Shown in pieces: positions 49,813-61,002 of a stretch of DNA of 64,000 nt. A model generated the notes under the pieces. The model saw nothing but the letters and a program-made list of their open reading frames with translations. It had not been told where the DNA came from and did not search any database. Position 1 is the stretch's first letter. Each line of letters starts with the position of its first letter. The position numbers and the translations under genes were made by a program. The stretch covers positions 224,001 to 288,000 of the forward strand of contig CAWEPK010000007.1 in NCBI GenBank assembly GCA_963810935.1, read 5' to 3'. Source of the stretch: an uncultured delta proteobacterium (GTDB lineage: Bacteria; Desulfobacterota; Syntrophorhabdia; Syntrophorhabdales; WCHB1-27).

Positions 49813-51408
49813 TTAGAGCATGAAGTCCTTTACTGCTCCCTTCAGCTCCTTCGCCGTGGTTTTGAGGTTCATCATGGCCCCGTGCGTATCCTGGACGACC
49901 AACGCGGTCTTTTTTGCCTGGTGGCCGAGCGCCTCCATGTTGCGGGCGATGTCGTCGGAGACGGACGTTTGCTGCTCCGTGGCTACGGCGATCCTGTCTA
50001 TCATCTCCAGGGCGTGCCGGGTCCCCTGGACGATGGTCGCAAGAGCGGAGGCTGCGTTCTGTGCAAGCGATACCCCTCCCTGGGCGTCCTCGCTGGTTTT
50101 TACGATCATCGCCACGGAGGCCCGTGATTTCTCCTGAATGCCCCTGATCTTGCCTGCTATCTCGGCCGTTGCCCCGGACGTCTTTTCAGCCAGCTTCTTC
50201 ACTTCGTCCGCAACGACCGCAAACCCCCGGCCCTGCTGCCCGGCCCTTGCAGCCTCGATGGCCGCGTTGAGGGCGAGCAGGTTGGTCTGGTCCGCGATGT
50301 CGTTGATCACCGTCACGATCTGGCCTATCTCCTGGGAGCTTTCACCCAGCTCGCGGATAACGTCGGAAGACATCCGCAAGGAATCGGAGACCGTCAGTAT
50401 GGAGGTCACCACCTGGCTGACCGCAGTGGTCCCCTCGTCGGCGATCAGCGTGGCGTTCCTTGCCGCCTTCGACGCGGACGCGGCGTTCTTAGCCACGTCG
50501 ATTATCGTCTGGGACATCTCGACTGCCGCCGAGGCGACGTGCTCGGCCTGCTCCTGCGATTCGGCCGCGGCCGCTTCTATCTCGGCCCCCTTCTCGCGGG
50601 CGGTGCGAACGCTCGCGTTCATGCCGGAGGCAAGCTCGTGTACCTTCGTGACGGTCCGCCTGAAGTTGTCGAGGATGGCGTTGTATGTCTCTTTCAATAT
50701 GTGGCCGGAGTCGGCGATGCGGTTCTCTTCCCGCAGGTCGTTGTTCTTCAGTGTCTCCAGGCACGAGAGCGTCTCGTGGAGGCTCCTTCGGGCCGCCTTA
50801 TAGGACAAGACCAAAAAGAGCGAAAGGAGTGCGAAGGCCGCGAGCGTCGCCGCGAGGGCCGCGGTCGCGGCCGTCCTTATTGCTGCCCCGCAGGAGGCGA
50901 CGCCGCTGCGTAACCGTGTTTCCTGGGCCTCGACTGCCGTGCCGATGGCAGCGCGCAATTCCCGGTTGGCGGTTGCCTGCCTGGCCGAAAGTATTGCGGC
51001 TGCCTCGTCTTTTTTGCCGTCAGCAGCCAGGGCCTGGACCTGCCTCTTGAGGCCGTCGTCTTCGTCCCAGCCTGCCTTTATGTTTGCCAGCTTTTCCCTC
51101 ACGTCGCCTGCGGAAAGGGCCAGGGCCGCGCCGTATGCCTTCGCGAACCGGTCGCAGGCCGCCTGGTAGCTTTCTTTGGCCGTTGCGTCCTGGGGATCAA
51201 TGAAGATGCTGCGCGTGGCGTGGCTGGTCACGAGGGCAGCCGAGTCGATCTCATTAAGGTCCCGGAGGACGGCCTGGCCGCGCTTTGTTACCACTTCCAG
51301 CTTCGTATTTGCGCGCGCGTTGAAAAAGAGGAAAGTGCAGGCTATGAGGCCGAGGAGGAGGGCGTTAGCGAAGGCCATTGCCACATAAGCTTTCTTGCCG
51401 ATCATCAT
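49813..51408 (-). CDS. Methyl-accepting chemotaxis protein
   Basis: Two TM segments, [31 protein letters not shown]. Confidence 0.95.
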   Translation of the reverse strand: MMIGKKAYVAMAFANALLLGLIACTFLFFNARANTKLEVVTKRGQAVLRDLNEIDSAALVTSHATRSIFIDPQDATAKESYQAACDRFAKAYGAALALSAGDVREKLANIKAGWDEDDGLKRQVQALAADGKKDEAAAILSARQATANRELRAAIGTAVEAQETRLRSGVASCGAAIRTAATAALAATLAAFALLSLFLVLSYKAARRSLHETLSCLETLKNNDLREENRIADSGHILKETYNAILDNFRRTVTKVHELASGMNASVRTAREKGAEIEAAAAESQEQAEHVASAAVEMSQTIIDVAKNAASASKAARNATLIADEGTTAVSQVVTSILTVSDSLRMSSDVIRELGESSQEIGQIVTVINDIADQTNLLALNAAIEAARAGQQGRGFAVVADEVKKLAEKTSGATAEIAGKIRGIQEKSRASVAMIVKTSEDAQGGVSLAQNAASALATIVQGTRHALEMIDRIAVATEQQTSVSDDIARNMEALGHQAKKTALVVQDTHGAMMNLKTTAKELKGAVKDFML

Positions 51409-51671
51409 TCCTCCTCACTAAGGTAGCGTTTTTACGGCCAAATGGGCCTTCGGTCCTTATAGTCCGGCCCCTTCTATCGATGATCGCGCGATAGGGCCAA
51501 AGCTTAAGGCGGCCCAACGGGCGAGGATAGGGAAGGGGATGTCATACAAAGTATGATAACAGTGTAATACATGAGGATGGGGCCGTGCGCGCCGAAAGAT
51601 GTGGAGGTTGGATCAAACGAAAGGCCGGGGCGCGTGCCCCGGCCTTTTAAGATCAGCGGGTGTTAAGGCTT

Positions 51672-52118
51672 TCAGACGTTGTGGCGGCTCGGGATCGGGG
51701 TCTCCGGCAGGGGCCGGGCCGATGCGGAGGAGTGCGACAGGTCGGCGAAAGCGCGGAAACCGCCTCTATCGCTGAACAGGGTGGCGCTCCCGTACATGAA
51801 GCCGCCCCTATTCATGAAAGTGCTGCCGGCGCTGCCGCTACTCCCGAACAGAGTGGCGCTGGCAACGTTCGAGGTGCTGCCGTACAGAGTCGTGCTGCCG
51901 TATGTGGCGGGGGGCTGTCCGAACGAGGCCTGGACCTGGGTCAGGCAATAATCCCCGAAAAGCCCCTGTGCGGCCTGGGCAGCAGCGGGAGGTGGGGAGC
52001 CGATCGCAGCAGCGTGTGACCAGTCGCAGGCCGGAGCGGGTACGTAGCCAAAAGTCGCGGAAGTGAAAATCCCGAAGGCAACCAGGGTTAATGCAACTAC
52101 CAAAGCTGTCGTTCTCAT
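51672..52118 (-). CDS. Secreted low-complexity hypothetical protein
   Basis: AAGGAGG RBS, signal peptide, repeated S(A/T)TL(F/Y) and RGGF motifs. Confidence 0.6.
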   Translation of the reverse strand: MRTTALVVALTLVAFGIFTSATFGYVPAPACDWSHAAAIGSPPPAAAQAAQGLFGDYCLTQVQASFGQPPATYGSTTLYGSTSNVASATLFGSSGSAGSTFMNRGGFMYGSATLFSDRGGFRAFADLSHSSASARPLPETPIPSRHNV

Positions 52119-52242
52119 GGTGCGCCTCCTTTTGTGATGCTTCGCGAAGGTTTTGCCTCCGCCGGCTCCCATATTCTTTCCATGGTGAGCTTAATCGCAA
52201 TGTAATACTAGGTCTTACCGAATGCAAGGAAAAGGTCGAGCG

Positions 52243-53295
52243 CTAGTTCGCGTCGGAAGGGGAGGAAGACGCGCCCTGATTAAAGGCGGTCACCCATTCA
52301 GCAAGGACTTTCACAATTTCAATGAAGTCGGGCTGCGTGCTGAAGAACATACTTTTCATGTTCCTGTAGTCTTCCAGAAGTTCGTCCATCCTTGCCGAGG
52401 ACGGTGCAAGGCGGAGAGTGCCTTTTCTCGCCTCTTCGTAGCGCGCCCAGCGACTCTGGAAGAATATCATCTTGTGCCGAACCACCCGACCGAGCAATTC
52501 CAGGTTGGCCGTCGCCTTTTCTCCGAGCCCCGCTTCTATAAGACGGGACAGATCATAATAGTGACGCGACAGCCGGTTGGGCGTCGTCTTATCCGGAGGG
52601 CGATGGTATTCTGCGTGGAGAAGGGTCGCCTTTTCCCAGAACGTTCTTTCCGGGGCAAGGACTTTGACCTGAAAAGACGGAGTTTTAAAGGCCGCTGAGA
52701 AATGAAGGGCAGTATAAGACGCAATCGTCGTTCGTTCACTCGGCCAGTGATCCGACCGCGCACCCATTTCGATCTTCACCCCTGGTCTTATGTACCGATC
52801 CCCGTCTGCTTTCGTCGTTGTCGGATATGCGTAGAGCAGTGTCTGCGCGTCGGGGTCTGATTCGTCGATGGTCAGCTTCCACCCTTCAGTGGTACCGAGG
52901 GAAGTCGCTACAACCGAAGCCAGGGCGGGCATCAAATTATTGACAACCCTCATTTGGCAGGCTTCCTGAAGCCGCTCGATCCGTCGTTTCCGCTCATTGC
53001 TCCCGATGTCCGCCTCAGGATCGCAATCGGTGCCCGCAAAGCCAAGGCTTGCCCGATCGATCGACAGGTCTACATCCTCGGAAAACCTTTCGATCAGACC
53101 GTACGCTTTCGATAAGGAAGTCCCGCCCTTGAAGATCAACGTCGGCCCGACATCGTCAAGAGAGAACAGCTTCTCGAGCACCCAGCATACCCAGAAGTCC
53201 TTTTCCACCATTTGAGGGCTAAGGCCCATTCTCTGCCCTGTTTCCACAAAGTAGTCGAGACGTTCATTCTCCGAAAGGCGGGCAAAGAGATTCAT
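52243..53295 (-). CDS. AbiEii-family nucleotidyltransferase toxin
   Basis: EKDFWV, FKGGTSLSK, RFSEDVD, TFWEK, SRHYYD. Confidence 0.92.
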   Translation of the reverse strand: MNLFARLSENERLDYFVETGQRMGLSPQMVEKDFWVCWVLEKLFSLDDVGPTLIFKGGTSLSKAYGLIERFSEDVDLSIDRASLGFAGTDCDPEADIGSNERKRRIERLQEACQMRVVNNLMPALASVVATSLGTTEGWKLTIDESDPDAQTLLYAYPTTTKADGDRYIRPGVKIEMGARSDHWPSERTTIASYTALHFSAAFKTPSFQVKVLAPERTFWEKATLLHAEYHRPPDKTTPNRLSRHYYDLSRLIEAGLGEKATANLELLGRVVRHKMIFFQSRWARYEEARKGTLRLAPSSARMDELLEDYRNMKSMFFSTQPDFIEIVKVLAEWVTAFNQGASSSPSDAN

Positions 53296-53921
53296 GATTG
53301 CCGTCCTCCCGTTGCGATCCTTCGCAGATACATACCCGCCCAGGCAGGGGCGTAGGCGATGTCTTTAATCAACCGCAATTTGTCCCGATCGCTCAATTTC
53401 TTACGCAGAATGGCAATAACCCGGTCATCCACGTAATTAGGGCCAAGATGGCGGAGGGCCTGAATAACCAGGCCGCTTACACGGCCCGCTGTCGCCATGT
53501 TTCGCGGCACGGTGTGCTGGAGCCGTATCTCCTGCTTACCGATGCGCACCACCCGAGATGGACCGTCTGTGAGGAAGACGACCTTCGCAGGGACCTGTTC
53601 GGACAAGCCCAGAACGTTTGCCGCATAGGCCCCTGTCGGCTGAAGGTGGATGCCATGCTTGCCCGAAAGTGCCTTGGCGACCTTGTCGGGATTGGGTGAT
53701 ACAACCCCGATAATGGGATGAGATTTTGGGTAGTCGTACAGACCGCGGGCCAAGCGGCGTAAGGTGCCTCTTTGAACCAGCCGCGAGAGTACTTTGTCGA
53801 TCGCAGCCCGGCTCGCGAGATCGAGAAAGTTACTTGTAGTGAAGACTGAACCCCTACCGGACCCGTAAATTCTGTTTAGCATTCTGCTATCAATGCTTTT
53901 TGAGCGTTTTCCCTGTGGCAT
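53292..53921 (-). CDS. AbiEi-like antitoxin (DUF6088)
   Basis: LSRL...RRLARGLY, GAYAANVLGLSEQVP, FLTDG; ATGA-coupled to the toxin. Confidence 0.88.
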   Translation of the reverse strand: MPQGKRSKSIDSRMLNRIYGSGRGSVFTTSNFLDLASRAAIDKVLSRLVQRGTLRRLARGLYDYPKSHPIIGVVSPNPDKVAKALSGKHGIHLQPTGAYAANVLGLSEQVPAKVVFLTDGPSRVVRIGKQEIRLQHTVPRNMATAGRVSGLVIQALRHLGPNYVDDRVIAILRKKLSDRDKLRLIKDIAYAPAWAGMYLRRIATGGRQS

Positions 53922-54048
53922 TTGTCAGAAAAGATAGCATATATTTCTGACAAAGAAAACCACTTTTATCGGCGATAAAATGTATGAAGTGCGGTTCACC
54001 GAAAGGCGAGGTACAGTGATGACGTAGGACTGCAAAGTGTCCTTCCTA

Positions 54049-54345
54049 TTACCTCGTGACCAGGAAACTCCTCAGCAGCGATTCATACGAGCAGACTACC
54101 TTGCGCGGCGGCTTGCCCAGCCATTGGTAGAATATTGCCTTGTGGCTGCGCAGCTCTTCGCGGTGGCGCATGGCTGTCCGGCTTGTCCATCCCAGGACTG
54201 AGGCTATCTGTTCCCATCCCTGGAGGCGCGGCTCGCCGATGGGCGGGCGTATCGGGCGTCCGCCGCCTGCGCGTCGGCCTCCTGCGCTGCCCGTCACAGC
54301 GGCCCGCCGCTGCGCTCCCGGCTGCTCCTGTTGGCGCTCAGCCAT
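54049..54345 (-). CDS. Small HTH (excisionase-like) protein
   Basis: LQGWEQIASVLGWTSRTAMR motif. Confidence 0.6.
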   Translation of the reverse strand: MAERQQEQPGAQRRAAVTGSAGGRRAGGGRPIRPPIGEPRLQGWEQIASVLGWTSRTAMRHREELRSHKAIFYQWLGKPPRKVVCSYESLLRSFLVTR

Positions 54346-55331
54346 CGGAGCCGTCCGGGAATTGCCCTGTTATTGGATCGAGCCCATGCCTTACGAGGAT
54401 TTCCTTGAGCGGCTCCGGGCCCGTGAAGATGCGTGAGAGTGTCGTGCCCGTTACCGCCGGGAGCGAACAACTGCGCCTGCCCGCCGCAGGGCTGCGCTCC
54501 CGGAAAGCCGCCACCAGGGTCAGCCCGGCCTCTGCCTGCGCCCGCCCAGTGCGCTTCCGCACCCCGCCTTTCGCCTTCGGCATGGCCGGTCTCGTCCTCC
54601 CAGCCTTTCGCATCGAGCCAGTTGGCGGGGTAGGGGATGTACTTGCCGCCGTCGCGCTGCCAGTCGGGTGAGGCCCTTGCCCGATCGATCGCCGCAAGTA
54701 TCTGCGCGAGGAGCGCCGCGTCCGGCCTGAGCCTGGCCCAGACTTTCTCGGCGAGGCCTTTCGATTTCTTTCTGGGGTAGGCTTTCCAGAATTGCGCAAA
54801 CGGCGCATCTTCCGCCCGCGCGGCCGCCGCCGCGCATGCCCCGGTTTCGGGCCGGTCTTCTGTTTCAGTTTCAGTTTCCGCTTCAGTTTCAGCTTGCTCG
54901 TGAGCCTCTCCGGAGGTGCTCGGGAGTGCTATTGTTGGGGCGGGGCCGCCCGTATCGCCCGCACTGCCGTTTGTTGTGTCTGCCTGCCGGTGCAGCTCGG
55001 GCGGGGGCGCGGGGTTGCGCGCGGGCGAGGGGTGCTGGATCTTCTGGTGTTTGAGGAAGCCGGGGATGAAGTAGTACTGCTCGCCGTTGACCGTGTAGGG
55101 CAATATGCGGCGCAGGCCCGCCAGGTCGGAAAGCCACTTCTCGATCTGACCGGGCGGGAGGTTGTCATAGGGGAATATCTGTGATTTCAGCCACAGCGGG
55201 TGACCCTTGCTCCTGCCCGTGTCGTCGCACGTGTTCCAGAGGCCGATGTAGAGCAGCCGTGCCGGCAGGTCCACCATCGCCAGCTTCTCGTCGCTCCAGA
55301 ACTCCGGTTTGATTACTCTGCTTCTCGCCAT
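54294..55331 (-). CDS. Phage-type replication initiator protein (C-terminus uncertain)
   Basis: MARSRVIKPEFWSDEK, LLYIGLW..CDD.G, FLKHQKI, FAQFWKAYPRK, YIPYPANWL...WED. Confidence 0.8.
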   Translation of the reverse strand: MARSRVIKPEFWSDEKLAMVDLPARLLYIGLWNTCDDTGRSKGHPLWLKSQIFPYDNLPPGQIEKWLSDLAGLRRILPYTVNGEQYYFIPGFLKHQKIQHPSPARNPAPPPELHRQADTTNGSAGDTGGPAPTIALPSTSGEAHEQAETEAETETETEDRPETGACAAAAARAEDAPFAQFWKAYPRKKSKGLAEKVWARLRPDAALLAQILAAIDRARASPDWQRDGGKYIPYPANWLDAKGWEDETGHAEGERRGAEAHWAGAGRGRADPGGGFPGAQPCGGQAQLFAPGGNGHDTLTHLHGPGAAQGNPRKAWARSNNRAIPGRLRWLSANRSSRERSGGPL

Positions 55332-55504
55332 GTGTCACCTTCGCATAGAGCCGAATGAACCTTTATGATAGCAGACTGCCGATGAAGACCTGATACCTGC
55401 CATAACTATTACCACTACGGGAGTATACTGTCAAGTAGTTTCTTAGAGAATACTCCCATAGTACTCTATTGTCTTTTTGGCGGGATATCCGATAATAGCG
55501 TCTT

Positions 55505-56170
55505 ATGGTAAGGAGGAAACAGCGCAAGAAGATCAAGGAGATGACGCCCGCCGAGCTGGAGACTGCGGACGATGGCATAGTAATTGCTTGGAATTTCATC
55601 CGGATTCGCGAGCGCCTGGATTTAACCCAGGAAGCCGCAGCAGCGTTGGCGGAAGTAACCGTGGGATACGTTGGAAAGGTGGAGACCGCCGCGGTGAGCT
55701 TCGGGACGAGGGCACAACAAAAGTGGTCAAAAATCTTTCATGTAGACAGAACCGAGTTCCTGAGGAAGCCTGAAGCAGGGATACCGGTCATCGGGGATGT
55801 GATGGAGAAAGGCGCCGTTCATCGCCGTAACCAATCTGACCGTGAAGTGGAGTTCGTTCCAGTCTGCCCCGGATATTCACGGGAAAACCCGCCTGCGCCC
55901 GGCCTCTACTGCCTGAAGGTGGCCACAGACACACTACACCCATACCTACGCCGGGGCTCCTATTTATATGTCAAAAGCGTGCCGCTTTCTGACATCAAAG
56001 ACGACAACCTGATCGTGTTTTACGATGACGGGCGCTCTGCGGCAGTCAAAGAAGTCGAGCTATTGCCGGACGGGCGCGTTCTCTTAAAAGGCCTCGGCAG
56101 AGGCAGCACAATAACTAAAGAAGCCAACGAGCTTTCCACTGCCGATAAGGTAATATTCATCGGCCTGTAA
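55505..56170 (+). CDS. XRE/CI-like repressor with S24-like C-terminal domain
   Basis: IRERLDLTQEAAA...YVGKVE HTH; YCLKVATDTLHP and AAVKEV at the peptidase positions. Confidence 0.75.
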   Translation: MVRRKQRKKIKEMTPAELETADDGIVIAWNFIRIRERLDLTQEAAAALAEVTVGYVGKVETAAVSFGTRAQQKWSKIFHVDRTEFLRKPEAGIPVIGDVMEKGAVHRRNQSDREVEFVPVCPGYSRENPPAPGLYCLKVATDTLHPYLRRGSYLYVKSVPLSDIKDDNLIVFYDDGRSAAVKEVELLPDGRVLLKGLGRGSTITKEANELSTADKVIFIGL

Positions 56171-56229
56171 GTCCCCAATTGCACTCGTTTGCCCCACGAT
56201 CTCCCTATCAGAATACATTCGCGTCGCCT

Positions 56230-56290
56230 ATAGTATTACTGTAGCGGTAGTATTTGCTTGACATCAGTATTACCGTAATAGTAATATGGT
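56230..56290. promoter_or_regulatory. Tandem operator-like sites around a TTGACA promoter
   Basis: TATTACTGTAGCGGTAGTA and TATTACCGTAATAGTAATA; related site at 55405-55426. Confidence 0.55.
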
Positions 56291-56575
56291 TAATGCAGAA
56301 GTATGGAACAAGGCGGGCGAATCATGGCGACGGAGCGGGCAGCGATGGGGCAGTGCGGCGCGACGAAGACGAGCCGGCGGGTCCTGGCTGCGTAGTGGAC
56401 GCGGACCTGCACTGCCCGCCCTCCCGGTACGACTGCGCCAGGCCCTGCCCGCTGACCGGCTGGGAGAGAAGGGAAGGGGGGAGGAAGCATTGAATTGCTT
56501 AAAGTGCCTGCCCCGGCCGGCTTGCCGCTCCGTCATACCCGCGGCGGTAAAATCACTGATAGTGTCGAGGGGTGC

Positions 56576-56803
56576 ATGTATATGAATTTTGACAGGTGGC
56601 TTACGGAGACGCCCGGAGGGAGACATTGCCTCACGATACTCGCAGCGTCGGAGTGCGAGGCGGGGCCTGTGGTGCTGGAGCTGGCGTTCGTCGCAGGCCA
56701 GATCGACCAGGCGGAAAGGGACCGGGCGCTCATGCAGGAAAAGCTCAGCGTACAACCCGCCGGCGGCACCGCCGCAGATGCCGTCACACCGGGCCGCGGC
56801 TAA
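56576..56803 (+). CDS. Small phage-like hypothetical protein
   Basis: GAGGGG RBS; MYMNFDRWLTETPGG... Confidence 0.45.
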   Translation: MYMNFDRWLTETPGGRHCLTILAASECEAGPVVLELAFVAGQIDQAERDRALMQEKLSVQPAGGTAADAVTPGRG

Positions 56804-56998
56804 CGGAGCAGACCGCGCCTTTGCCCTTTACCCGACTTCGCCAGCCACGCCCGAGGGCATGCGGTCATAGTCAGTTTCACTGTTACTTTGGAAAGCCGTG
56901 CCGGTCGCTCCCGCAGAGAATGCACGAAGCCACCTACAAGCTAGAGGCGCCTGGTTTTCTCCCCGGGGCGACATCAAACCGGCCCACGGCGTCTACCG

Positions 56999-58572
56999 TT
57001 AGCGGGAGGCCTGCGATTTGCACAGCGCCTTCATATCGTTGTCTATCTCATAGATCCTGGACCGCGCGTCCTCATACCTTCGCTTCATGAAGTCCAGGTT
57101 GTCCTGAGCCCTCGCCAGGTCGCCCAGGCTTATATACTCGTTACCCACCGCCTCGGCCAGGTCGATGGAGAGCTTGCTCGCCCGGAAGGCGAACTCACCC
57201 CACGGCCCCCACAGCTTGCCGAGGTACTGTTTCGAGGACTCCTCCGCGATATTGCTTTCTTCCATGAGTTTGTTGAACTCGTTCAGCGCCACGACAAGGC
57301 CATGCGTCTTCTTCTGCACCTCCCTGCCCGCTTCGTTGCCCGCTTTCGCGGCCTTCAGGAGGTCGTCCGCATGGAAGGCTATGGTATGCAGCGACCTGAT
57401 GATCAGGCCCCGCTTCTTCTTGCTCATCCCTTTCAGCTTCTCTATCTGGCGCCTCAGCCTTTCGGATTCTTTGAAGAACCCCTCCGCGTACTCCTTCGCC
57501 TCTTCGAGGGCACCCTTGATCAGGATGCGCTTCGCCTCCTCCCTGGCCTCTTTGAGGCCTTCCCGGGACGCCTCCAGGAGCGCCTCCGTCCTCTTGATCG
57601 CGTCGGCCTGAGCGGTAAGGCCAAAGGCAAGCCTGTCTCGGATTACCTTCTCCTGGGCGCAGTCGAAAATCCTTTCACCCCGCTGGTAGGCTGCCGGTTT
57701 GATACCGCCGGACACCGTGGCGGGATTCACGACGGGCATGACCGATGCCCGTTTCGACGTGGCCTTCTGGCCAGGGGTCGCTGCTGCTACCTGGGAAACC
57801 GTCGCAGGCTTGTCCGGCGCCTGCTCCGCCCCCTTCGCTTTGCTAAGATCGACGACGTTCGGGTCGCCGATCATCAGTTGAAGCCCGTCGGCGGGAGGGG
57901 GGCTCGCGACCGTGGCCGTGTAGCCTTTTTGTGGAAGCGGCGGGGCTGCCGGCGCGGCTCCACCCTTATCCCCTCCGAGTCCGAAGAACGCCGTGCCGCG
58001 CGGCCTCAGAGGGTCGTCGTCGCCCAGCATAAGGTCAAGGCCTCCGGCCTTGCCGTCAAAGTTAGAGGAGATTTGGAGCTTGTGAAGACAGACGGTCGTA
58101 CGCCTCCTGCCTCTTGCGCGCGTCTTCGGCTGCCCGTATGCGGGCCTGATCTTCCTCCCACTTGCGACGCATGGCGGCTTCCTGGGCCGCTTCTTGCGCT
58201 CTCTGTGCCTCTTCCGCCTCCTGGCGCGCTTTCTGTGCAGGGTCGCCGAAGAGCGTCTTGCCGATGGAGTCGCCGATAGCGTAACCAAGATTGTAAAACG
58301 GCTGGGAAAGTCCGCTTGCCGCCGCCCCGGCGCCGCTTTTTGGCGCACTGCCCCCGCGTTTCTCGCTCATGCACTGGTTATAGCAGGCCTGGTAATTGCA
58401 CCACCTGGGATCAGCAGGGTGGCTGCTGCCCCCGACACTCGTGCAATCGCACGGTGCGGATGCACACGCTCCCTGAACCTGGGCATTCACGGGAGGAGCA
58501 AAAAATACATTCAGGCCGCAGGTAATGACAGCAATCAGAAAAAACATTACTCCTGTTAACTGTCTTTTCATA
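56999..58572 (-). CDS. Secreted coiled-coil hypothetical protein, apparent frameshift near 58085
   Basis: Signal peptide + Cys-rich N-terminus (ORF 58062-58601) continues into KLQISSNF... (ORF 56999-58348). Confidence 0.65.
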
Positions 58573-58641
58573 CTTCTCCTCCTCGCATCGGCCTGCTTCA
58601 CAGGCCTCTCAGCTTCATGGGCCTGCCCCTTTCGTGACTTG

Positions 58642-59489
58642 CTACTGCTGCTCCTCTCCCTTTATCTTCCAGAAGGACATCTTCTCCCGTGCGGCCTTGG
58701 CATTCGGCGCATCGGGGAGAAGCTCAAGGTAGCGCTTCATATGAAAGACGGCTGACTTGTACGATCCAAGCTCACCTTCCAACACGGCCGCGTTGAAGAG
58801 CCCCTGTGGCCAAAAAGGTTCCATAGAGAGTCCCTTCTTGTAGTAGTCGAGGGCCTTCTTGAAGTCCTTGTTCTTGAATGCTTCCTCCGCAGCCATCCTG
58901 CAGCCCAGCACATCTTCGGGCAACTCGGGTTTGACGGCCAAGGCCCGCCATGCAAGCTGCCCCCTCCGAGAAAGAGCCATCCTCAGGTTTGTAGCCTTCC
59001 GCATAGCGTTTCAACACATAAAAGGCGTCGGCCAGGGAGACCGCTTCGTCCTCATTGCTTGAGATTATAAAAAATTGATGATCGCTTTTCATAGGAGTCT
59101 TATTTGCTCGCTGTGTTTTTGTTACTATACCCACCTCCACCCGATAACCCATCCCATGCTCAGATGATAACGAAGGAAACGCACCAATCTTCATGGATTT
59201 AAAATATGACGTATAGGACCACCAGTAGCCATCCGACCTCACGCAGGTCCACGTTACCTTGTCGGGACTTATCTTAATGTTCTTGAGCAAATCCGCAACA
59301 CCATAGTAGGTACCGCGATTTTCCATAGACTCTATTTTTATCTTGGCCTGTGGATATGACATCGTTAGCAACACGTCGTCGTTCGGCCGATAATCTTTGC
59401 TCGCGTCGCCATCAGCAGCTAAACTCGGTCGGATACTGAAGAGTAAGGTCATAACAGACTGCTATCAGAATGAGTCCTGTTTTCTTCAT
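58642..59489 (-). CDS. Secreted TPR protein, paralog 2 (apparent frameshifts near 58955 and 59460)
   Basis: PNDDVLLTMSY, LADAFYVLKRYAEGY, AFKNKDFKKALDYY shared with the neighbour. Confidence 0.7.
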
Positions 59490-59502
59490 CTTACTGTTCC
59501 TT

Positions 59503-60459
59503 TCATTTGGGCAGCCTTGTTCCATTGCCCGTTACCGTCATTTTCTCCAATTGCTCCTTAGCCTTTTCCTTCCAGAGATATATCTTTTCCCGTGCGGCTT
59601 TGGAGTTGGCTGCATCAGGAACGAGCTCTAGATAATGCTTCATATGAAGGGCGGCCCATCCGTAGGTTTGCAGTTCCGCTTCGAGCATGGCGGAGTTGAA
59701 TAAGCCCTGGGGCCAGAGGGGTTCGATAGCGAGGCCCTTCCGGTAATAATCGAGGGCCTTCTTGAAGTCTTTATTCTTGAATGCGTCCTCTGCCATTATC
59801 CGGCATTCCTGCACGGCTTCGGGAAGGGGAGGCTTAACCGGCATCTCGCGGTACGTCCTGGCTCTATTTAAGAATGCGGCCTGGGCAGAAGGATCTTCAG
59901 GCGTGTAGCCTTCCGCATAGCGTTTCAACACATAAAAGGCGTCGGCCAAAGGGACTGCTTCATCCCTATAGGGTGCGCACCAAAAATTAGCATTACCTAC
60001 ATAATCGTATCTATGCCTCGCAGTTTCATGCCACGAAGCGTCACCACGACCAAGCAATACGTCATACGTCCCATACGAACTTTTCCCAACAAAAGGATCC
60101 ATTGATTTTAAATACGACGTATGGAACCATACAACCACCCCAGAAGTATTATTTTCAGTCCAAGTTACCCTATCGAAAAGTATTTTGATGTCCTTGATTA
60201 TGGTGCAGTTATAATTATAGCAAGTGTAGCCGGAGGGAGCCAGGAGGTTGCGGCGTTCCATAGACTCTATTGTTTTTCGCGCCTGCGAATATGACATCGT
60301 TAGCAACAAGTCATCATTCGGCTTATAAACAACTTCCTCACCAGGGCGAAATTCGCAACTCGCCTCTGCGCTAGGTTGAATACAGAAAAGTAGTGTCATC
60401 ACAGATAATGCAAAAGACAAACAAAAAATAGCAAACATATGTGGGCAGCCTCGCTTCAT
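59503..60459 (-). CDS. Secreted TPR protein, paralog 1
   Basis: Signal peptide, C-terminal TPR (ALDYYRKGLAIEPLWP...YLELVPDA). Confidence 0.8.
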   Translation of the reverse strand: MKRGCPHMFAIFCLSFALSVMTLLFCIQPSAEASCEFRPGEEVVYKPNDDLLLTMSYSQARKTIESMERRNLLAPSGYTCYNYNCTIIKDIKILFDRVTWTENNTSGVVVWFHTSYLKSMDPFVGKSSYGTYDVLLGRGDASWHETARHRYDYVGNANFWCAPYRDEAVPLADAFYVLKRYAEGYTPEDPSAQAAFLNRARTYREMPVKPPLPEAVQECRIMAEDAFKNKDFKKALDYYRKGLAIEPLWPQGLFNSAMLEAELQTYGWAALHMKHYLELVPDAANSKAAREKIYLWKEKAKEQLEKMTVTGNGTRLPK

Positions 60460-61002
60460 CAAAAACCTCCCTTATTTTGTTGTCCTCTACCAGTGTTTTT
60501 AGCATTTATTATATTTTTTATAAACATATTAAGTATACAAAAATGTCAGACTTAAACGGTTTCAATAAGAAACTGTCTGATGTAGCGGTCCCGAAAAACG
60601 GTGTGATGCTACTCCCGGCATGTGGGCTTTTGTCATATCAATTCCCTCCCCGTGCTTGGGATGTCAATGTATCTTTCATACATAATCCTGGCCAATCTTC
60701 ATCGCTTTACGGTACACAAGGACGCGGGTTGGCGACGTAATTGAGGAAGGCGAAATTGCCCCTCATGGTGTTGCACGCGGTTTCATTCCCGCTCACACCC
60801 GTACTCTTCCCCAGCCAAAAGAAAACTTTCCCGCAATCATGATGAAATTTCAAGAAAAAACGTTACGGCTGTGTCAATGAATGCCAGTTAAAATTCAATA
60901 TGCCGCGAATGAGGGCCGGAGGCGTTTTTTCAGGAAGTACCCCGCAGCCGCGAACCAACCCCAGTTGTTGAAGATTACAGACCTGAGGGAGAACATCCTC
61001 CG

